From assembly GCA_002633005.1 (NCBI GenBank), contig NMRA01000181.1:630959-694958 (forward strand): a stretch of DNA of 64,000 nt, given 5' to 3'. Under the pieces are notes generated by a model that worked only from the letters and a program-made list of their open reading frames with translations, was not told the DNA's origin and did not search any database. The DNA comes from Phoronis australis (Eukaryota > Animalia > Phoronida). This document shows positions 56,597-64,000 of the stretch, piece by piece; position 1 is the stretch's first letter, and every line of letters starts with the position of its first letter. The translations under genes and the position numbers were made by a program.

Positions 56597-57596
56597 CTTG
56601 AAATAGCTTACATATGGCACTTTGGTAAGACTAGAGCATCACCGTCAGGATAGTAACATTTGATGTGCAAAACACCTACATGTACAGGTTAACTGACATA
56701 ACTCCCTTGATCTACACAGTCAGTGTCCATGGTAACCATTGCATACAACAAGAACATGCATGTTAATCCTATTCATAGATCTATGGTGCTATTTCACAAG
56801 AGAGTGTTCCCTAAAACATATGTTCGACACATAGCATTGCTTTAAAGCTGTGAAATCGTTCATTTAATAAAATGCTAAAAGCTTTTGAACAGAAAAGGGT
56901 GAAAGTGGTAACAAACTTAAAGTACTAGAATCACTGAGTTAAACATAGGATCAAGCCCATTCTAAAATGAAGCACTGAACAAAGTGAACACAAGTGCGAA
57001 TTCTGCAGGCCATCAAGACCTCGAATTAAGATTTTTAATTATGCATGATTGATTGCTTCAAAGGAAGACTCACCAAGGCAAACTAGAATTCTTCCAGTGT
57101 TAAGTTTGCTATTTCAGCTTGAAATAATTAGCACCTTGCCTCGTTTCTGCATGAAAATACCTACTTTTTACTAGTAGAAGACTTGAAATGAATCTCTTGG
57201 ATCACATGCAATATTACATTATCATAAGAGTGTACTAAAAATGGCAGCATTTGCATGAACAAATCAACCATTTGACAAGTAAAAGCCATCCGTTTTCTGA
57301 AAATTTTGTTTTTAAACACCCACGCTTGGCTAAATGGCGACACCCTGGTGTTTTAATGTTTCAGTTTAAGCGTCCAGTGCTGTAACTCGGATGCACACAG
57401 TACATTTGTTTTTGAATCTTAGAAATGGAAAAGGTTGAGAATTACGGCCAAAGAAAGTCAAAAGTCCTTAATTGAAACAAAATGCTGGACAGATTCTCAT
57501 GAGTATTACAAAGCAAATATCAAGACACGACATGTACTGCAACATGCCAAGGATTTTTAAAGCACAGCTTTTAACAAATCCTTCTGGACAAGGTCA

Positions 57597-58334
57597 TCAC
57601 TTCAACCTGTTTTTAAAGAACTGTAACAACTGATACAGCAAATCCCGGGACTTGCCCTCAACGTACTTTAGCTCTAGCACAATGTCCGAATCAATTTTCC
57701 TCAAAGTCAAAAAGCACCGAATGAGACACTGTCCACTCTCTCGTTTAGTCAACGGCAACTGGTCGTGATTTGGGCTGGAACTGACGCTCGGTGCACCTGA
57801 CAGCTTGGAGTCACCATGAGTGGACTGTGAAGGAGGTTCACCATTGTCTTTGGAAGGAGATTCAGAGACCTTGGATGATGTTGCGATTTTCATCGATTTG
57901 GATACAGCATTTTCAGCATCAGAGGTAACTTTCGGTGGTTGTGACTGAGTTTCATTATATCCATTATCTGATTGCTTTGATTCGCTGGGGACACTGTTCA
58001 TTTGACCAGAAGTGGAGGAATCCTTACACAATACACGGACAAGGCTTTTATCATGGGAATTGCTTAAACTTACAGAACTATTCTCTTCTGCTGTAATACT
58101 TTCCAATGATTTACATGATTCAGCCTTAGATAAAATATTCACACTATTGCAGCCGGCAGAGCTGACCGAGTCGCCATCCAACTTGGTTACCTTCGAAGGA
58201 GGACTGCCAACAATTTTCTTCTTTTCTTGTTCCATCTGTCGTCGTTTCTGCCTTTGATGAATCCACGTGTTCTCAAATGCTTTGGCAGCAACAGAAACCT
58301 CATTACTAGTTGACACCACTTGTGTGAACTCCAT
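57597..58334 (-). CDS. METTL16: METTL16 last coding exon (VCR-like halves flanking a Ser-rich linker)
   Basis: ctccag|ATGGAG...; AFENTWIHQRQKRRQ and LELKYVEGKSRDLLYQLLQFFKNRLK-stop. Confidence 0.88.
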   Translation of the reverse strand: MEFTQVVSTSNEVSVAAKAFENTWIHQRQKRRQMEQEKKKIVGSPPSKVTKLDGDSVSSAGCNSVNILSKAESCKSLESITAEENSSVSLSNSHDKSLVRVLCKDSSTSGQMNSVPSESKQSDNGYNETQSQPPKVTSDAENAVSKSMKIATSSKVSESPSKDNGEPPSQSTHGDSKLSGAPSVSSSPNHDQLPLTKRESGQCLIRCFLTLRKIDSDIVLELKYVEGKSRDLLYQLLQFFKNRLK

Positions 58335-60685
58335 CTGGAGACAAAAAGAAAAAACAACATTAATGTTCAACCAGCCATGAAAATTGTTTGGCATGCATTC
58401 CAACGCAAAATATAAACATTCTGGTTTTTACTAGCTCTAAATCCACTTGACACGAGTTAGTCACCAATATCAATTAGAGAAGAGGTTTTGTCACAGAAAC
58501 ATGCTGAAATTATGTACTCCCAGTACAGTAAAGGACAGGCCACCTTTAATTCAATAAGTAGTTCCAGCAGACTGCAGGCAAGTCTATCCAAAGTGTAGTT
58601 GTGCTCGTCCGACTTAGGAATGGTCCACAGCAAAGGTGGCTTAGATTTCTCCTTTCTTTCTTGAAATAAGGATTTCTGGAAAAAGAATGTGATTATTACA
58701 TGCAGAAACGTCGTGGTATTAAACTCTGTTTCAGCATATTAACAGATTGCATTGGATGAAAAAATACCCTACAACCTCCATCAATTTTTCAAAGTTTTTA
58801 AACTAAACAAGTTTTTTAATTGAAAGAACTAAATACAAGACTTTCCGTGCAAAATACGCAAGCACATCTCACACATTAAGCAAACTTTCGACTTTGCAAC
58901 TTGAACCAAGAAATATACAATAACACGTGGCAAAATAGTAAAGCAGTCGTTTTTAGGAAAATACGTCTCAAGGGGCATATTTGTTGTACAATAGAAGCTT
59001 TCAAAAACAGTTTTGGTTGAAATTGCCAAAACGTCAATATGTTGTGGAAAAATACTTTTGAGTAGACCCCCAAGAAAAAACAATGGACTAAGGGCTACCG
59101 ATTGCCAAGGAATTGGTTCAAAAATAGAAAATGGCAGTTTCTGTGACTTCCTAGGCTATGAGAAGAAACTCAACAGAAGGTCAAATACTAATGTACCAGC
59201 ATTTTAATTAGTGCTAGCTTTGTTCAAATAGTTACAAATTAGCAATATAAAACTTTGAACATGTTCTTAAAGACACGCAGTTGAACATCAACATGTGGGG
59301 TTTATTAAAAGTAAGATTAAAAACGTTGGTTCCCCTCTTAAAGCCTATCTTCAATGGTAACACCTGAAAATTTGGTTCCTACAGTATGTTAAGAGCCCAC
59401 TAGTGCTATAAATTGCCAAATGTAACGAACTGTTTGGCGTATTGGTTTGCTTTTGTCTAGGTCACCGCGAGAATCACCTTTTGATTCAAACACCCGCACA
59501 CAATGGTGTCCTATTCAGACCCCTATTCAATGTGTCGAGATCACGCGGTGATGCAACATGGCGCGAAGAGGCAGCTTCTCTTATCATTTGACGGGCTTAC
59601 ATTTGGGTGATTGAACTCGCGTTTTCTTATTTTACAAAGGCTTTGCTAGGACTATCTGGTTAGCCCAATACATCTAAAATAATAATTCCGTTAAATTAGG
59701 CTTTAATACATACAGGAAATTCAACTAGTTCATCGAAGGACCACGCCAACGCCCAGCGCATAGTTCTTCCTTGGCAGAACTCACTGCTGCAGAAATTATG
59801 AATCTGAAAAAAACAACACTTTACATAGACTGCGGCATCAATCTGATGGGTGCAGCACTTCATAAACTATGGAAATTATGAATCTTGTGAATACAACAAA
59901 CACAAAAATGTATTCGCCTATTTATATAACACATTGTGGTGAAACGGTGGGATTTTATTATATTTTGTGATCAATTTCTAAACAAAAATGAAGTTTTGTT
60001 TCGTGTACTAGCATGGTATGCTCCACACAGTTCACTAAAATAATTTCTCTGATAATTCTAATAATTTAACGATGCAATCAGTCTTTGGAAACTTGAAAAA
60101 GAATGTTTACTTATCAAATAACCCCACACATACCTTGTTCTTGCGTAGCTCACTCTTGAGAATTCCTACACTGGACTTCTTTCCAAGCATAGTGGTGTAG
60201 ATTCTGATAACAACACATACGTACAGTAAACAAAACAATTATTGCTAGAACCCTTAAAACCATGTCAACGATACGTATTCATAGTGCCACCTGTACTATG
60301 GCCTTTCATGGTTTTCTGCAGCTTTTACAAGTCACACACCAACTAACCACATCTGCCCTATGTCTGGCCCAATGGAAGATTTGATTCAAACGCAAACCAA
60401 TGTCTCCCCTCATAGTGACTTACTAGGATTTACCAGCGTATATGGCAGGTGCAATAGATTAAGTGTTTTCAGCGTGACTGACTAACTGATATCTGTCAGT
60501 AATCATCCTTTTTATACTTATTTATAATTGATAATCTACCTGCATATAATGTTATCGATCTGCGGGCAGTAACTGTATTCACTTTCTTAAGACGAAATAA
60601 ACAGTTATCTTAGAAAAAATGGCAGGTGTTATAGCTGAAGTATTTTCAGCGTGAATGACTAACTGATAATAATAATAATAATAAC

Positions 60686-60722
<37 letters not shown>

Positions 60723-63700
60723 TCAGGATAAAATGTAATTCACTTAGCCCAAATAAGAATAAAAATGTTCTCTAGACTTGCTTTTTGAAAATAGGTTATG
60801 GCAGACTTGTTCACAATTTTCACCCTTAGAGGTTATGTAGGACCATGGAAAAATGTCTAAAATTTGGCTAAGTTTAGAATATCATATCTCAAATGCTATG
60901 ATTTATATTTATGCACAAAATGCTGTTAGCAATTGTTTTTAAAATGTTACACTTTTACATGAGAGGCTACTAAAAATAGGATTTTAAGATTTTTATGAAA
61001 AAATCAATAATTGCACAAAACAAAACTATCGTGATAATTTAGAAAACAGATTTTTTGGAATTTCATCTCAATTGAACATATTTATCAAACAAAATTTGGT
61101 GATGTTATAAATACTGTAGTTTTACAATGAGTATATGTTCCCTTTTGCTAATTTTTAATGATCCAATTAACGGCAGATAGGCAAAAAGTCAAAACTCCAA
61201 TTCTTACAGGAAATAAATATTTTCATTGAATTAAAATGTTTAGTTTTGTAGATATTTGGCTACACACAGACTTGTGGATAAGGTCCTACTGAACCTTAAT
61301 GGGAACTTGACCTCTGATCCAAATTACATATAATAAGATCATCCTGGAATACACGTGCATAGAACTCTTCTTTGTTCCGGAGATAAGAAAGTCTGTGACC
61401 TCGTTTTGGAAATCAGGCACATTTTCATGTCTCACTGGCGAAGATTCAGATTTCGCATCCACTGGTATTTGTCCAGTTTATAAAACTTTTCATGTCAAAG
61501 TTGCAGCCCTCAGCACATCAGTAATACTTTGTTGGTATTGAAAGAACGAAAAGAGTAATGCAACCGAGAAGAACTTGTAAAGAATCAGACAACAACAAAT
61601 AACATGTGAAACTCCAGTGGCACGAAAACAAGGTAACAAATGTGCTTGACGGAAGTTTACAGCATTGTGGGTAACTACAGTGAGATTCGAGTATCGCTGT
61701 GTAATCCGAGACAGTCCTATTCGTTAAAAAACAGTTTATTACAGTTAATCAGAGTTTAAGCAAATAAGAATATGTATTTATGAATGTGAAAAACAAAGAA
61801 AAAACCTTCTTATACTGCAACTAAGTGCATCTAGAAAACAAAACCAGATCGGGTTAGCACACACAAATAGGTGCATAGATTGGTGAGGCACTACACTTGC
61901 CTTCAAGCATAACTAGACAAAAGACAGTGATTCGAACTTCAAGGACTTCAATAACTTACCGGACATTTTGTTTCAGCTGAAGACTTTCTTCAATCATTTG
62001 TTTGACAAACTCCACTTCACCACCTCCCACAATACTCTCCACACTACAGGCACTAGTGACACCTATTGGTGATGGCCGGTCCAAACTTTTGGTCGTGAGT
62101 ACTGATTGGGCATCCATGTGATCGGCAAAAAATGGAGGATTACACATACAGAAGGCGAACTGCTTCCCATCATCTTGGACAACATTTAAAAGGACGCTGT
62201 CTTCTTTGGCTTTCACAACTGAAATGGCAGCAACTCCAGTAAAAGAATATTGTCTAGAAGTCTTAAAACAAAACGTTTAGAAAAAATGTTGACAACAAAA
62301 CAGGACGTTATTAATGTCACAGTAATGCTTCAGTGATCACTCCCGTACAACGCGTGACAATTTCTGTGCGTATACTTACACTGACTACTCCTATCACAGT
62401 GTTCACCCGAGGCTGCATTTTTACATTATTTGACGCGATTGAGTAAAAGTGAAAGGAGACGCATCTCATTGGTTGCTATTTTGAGAAGATGTAAGACGTA
62501 AAACTAGTACATGAATACTCCTGTTCGTCTTAAAAAACACCCAATTTGCTTCATTTTTCTCATGTCATTTGTGCATCATTCTGCACTAGCGTAATGATTT
62601 CAGCTGAGCACGCTGCGCACATTTGATGTAACGTGTAAAATAGGCAGGACCGGCAGACCAATATTTTCCATAAAGTATGTCAAAAGAGGCATTTTCCAGG
62701 CCTCTTGAATGCACCAAATAAGACTTGAATTCTCCAAACTTTCTAAGGCCAGACTCCCCTACAGGAGGGAGTATCTCTGACATCGCTGTCTATCAGACCA
62801 CCAGCACTATTTTTTTAGTGCAACGTGTGAGAGATTCAGTGACGCCAATGGACATCACAGAAAAGATCTGTACAAATATGGATAATTATAGCGGGATACA
62901 ACGTGCCTGCATTTTGAGAAAAAGTTTAGTACAACGAATCACGGGCACTAAACCGGTTCTCAAAATGAGGGCTAGTTATATCTGACTACACTCCAGATAT
63001 GTTACCTGTAATTTTGCTCTCAAGACCATTGGCAATAACATTTTTAGTAGAGTATTCAATGTTTTTATCATCAACATCTGTAGCCAAGAAACTCCAACCG
63101 TTTTTTCTACAGCCCAGCAGGGGGTAGATGCACGAAGCGCCAGTACCTGAGAAAATCCAACACTAAGATGAGCTGTTAAGATTGTGAGAATGTTATCGAT
63201 ATTTTACGACATGAAAAGGTCCAATTCGATTTTTATTTTTAGTCAGCTGACAAAGGCGATATGCAGCTTTCAGTAAGTCCATTTTATGCAATGTGAGATT
63301 TGATACCACTGACTGAGATGTATTCATCTGACCAAACAAAAACCTAGTTTTAACTGAATTCGTTAAATCTCAATGGCAGCTATTTATTTCATTCTCCAAA
63401 GTCCAAGCCCTAGGTTACCTATGTCAATGCCCACAACATCGGTCTGTTTTCCCAAGATGTCCTCTATCCATAGAATATAGTTGAGCCTTTGGGGTACCGT
63501 AGGTATCAGCCGGTCAGTCGGTATGTCCAGAGTCAGTCCAAAGTCGTCTTTGAGCAGTGCACACGTCAAAGCCCTGAGACACTCCGGCTTTTTAAAGTCT
63601 AAATGAATTTTACCCGCCACGTCTTGGGTTACATGATTTCTGAAGTCAGCATACTTGATAGCCAACTGCTTGAAGTCTGGTCTTTTCTTCTTATAAATGT

Positions 63701-63731
63701 TACGCGGATGCATTAACTTGTTCAGCGCCAT
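57597..63731 (-). CDS. METTL16: RNA N6-adenosine methyltransferase METTL16 (U6 snRNA m6A; METT-10/FIO1 family), 7 coding exons
   Basis: MALNKLMHPRNIYK N-terminus, RLIPTVPQRLNYILWIED, GIDIGTGASCIYPLLG, CMCNPPFF catalytic motif, YTTMLGKK, EFCQGRTMRWALAWSF. Confidence 0.95.
58544..58675 (-). CDS. METTL16: METTL16 coding exon 6
   Basis: ttccag| ... AAAG|gtggcc; 132 bp, open frame. Confidence 0.75.
59714..59803 (-). CDS. METTL16: METTL16 coding exon 5 (EFCQGRTMRWALAWSF)
   Basis: tttcag| ... TCCT|gtatgt. Confidence 0.9.
60134..60203 (-). CDS. METTL16: METTL16 coding exon 4 (IYTTMLGKKSS)
   Basis: tatcag| ... CAAG|gtatgt. Confidence 0.9.
60667..60721. repeat. (AAT)n microsatellite
   Basis: Read directly. 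Confidence 0.95.
60830..61295. mobile_element. AT-rich non-autonomous TIR element in a METTL16 intron (TTAA-like flank; possibly Kolobok/piggyBac-type)
   Basis: aggttatgtaggacc ... ggtcctactgaacc|ttaa. Confidence 0.5.
61960..62218 (-). CDS. METTL16: METTL16 coding exon 3 (NPPF motif)
   Basis: tttcag| ... TCCG|gtaagt. Confidence 0.92.
63006..63146 (-). CDS. METTL16: METTL16 coding exon 2 (GTGASCIYPLLG)
   Basis: tctcag| ... ACAG|gtaaca. Confidence 0.92.
63419..63731 (-). CDS. METTL16: METTL16 coding exon 1
   Basis: ATG lies just after a likely acceptor (ttgcag|AA ATG); donor ATAG|gtaacc. Confidence 0.93.
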
Positions 63732-64000
63732 TTCTGCAACAACAAAATTTAATTTTAAAAGAGTAACTACACGCTTTTCGTAACTTTAGTTTATAATAAC
63801 AATTATTAAAATGTTCGGAACAACAACAACAGTCTCTGAGTAAGTGAATTACTATACCCAACAATTACCTAACTTAATTCTAAGTAATAACTAAGTATTG
63901 AAGAAAAAACAACACATCAACTGATCAGTTCTACTAATCATTGACAAAACACAACCAATAGACACTCAAGATTTAAGTTGCCACTTTAAAAGCCAAGGCT

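Noticed and set aside
52091-57597. Functional coupling of METTL16 (U6 m6A aiding +4A donors) with the GTTAGT-rich neighbouring gene
   Set aside because: METTL16 acts in trans, and adjacency in an animal genome is not evidence without conserved synteny.

Overview
This is eukaryotic (invertebrate animal-like) genomic DNA from a draft assembly, with single-n scaffold joins and a 697-N gap. The + strand (248-52091) carries the 3' portion of a giant, probably secreted, extracellular-matrix/adhesive-type gene. It is built almost entirely from von Willebrand A (VWA) and thrombospondin type-1 (TSP1) domains. By my manual count there are about 13 VWA and 34 TSP1 domains after removing apparent assembly duplicates (up to 16 and 38 as assembled). 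Nearly every domain is a symmetric phase 1-1 cassette exon, and the exons form a ~6-7 kb higher-order repeat. The VWA exons are strongly homogenised, and many dead TSP1 pseudo-exons lie in the introns. The 5' end and signal peptide are outside the window. The - strand (63731-57597) carries a complete 7-coding-exon METTL16 (U6 snRNA m6A methyltransferase), convergent with the first gene. Introns and the intergenic region hold several non-autonomous TIR elements, including a family with 5-bp target-site duplications (TSDs) and a 400-bp foldback palindrome, plus microsatellites. All exon boundaries were read by eye from AG/GT sites and frame continuity; no transcript evidence was available.
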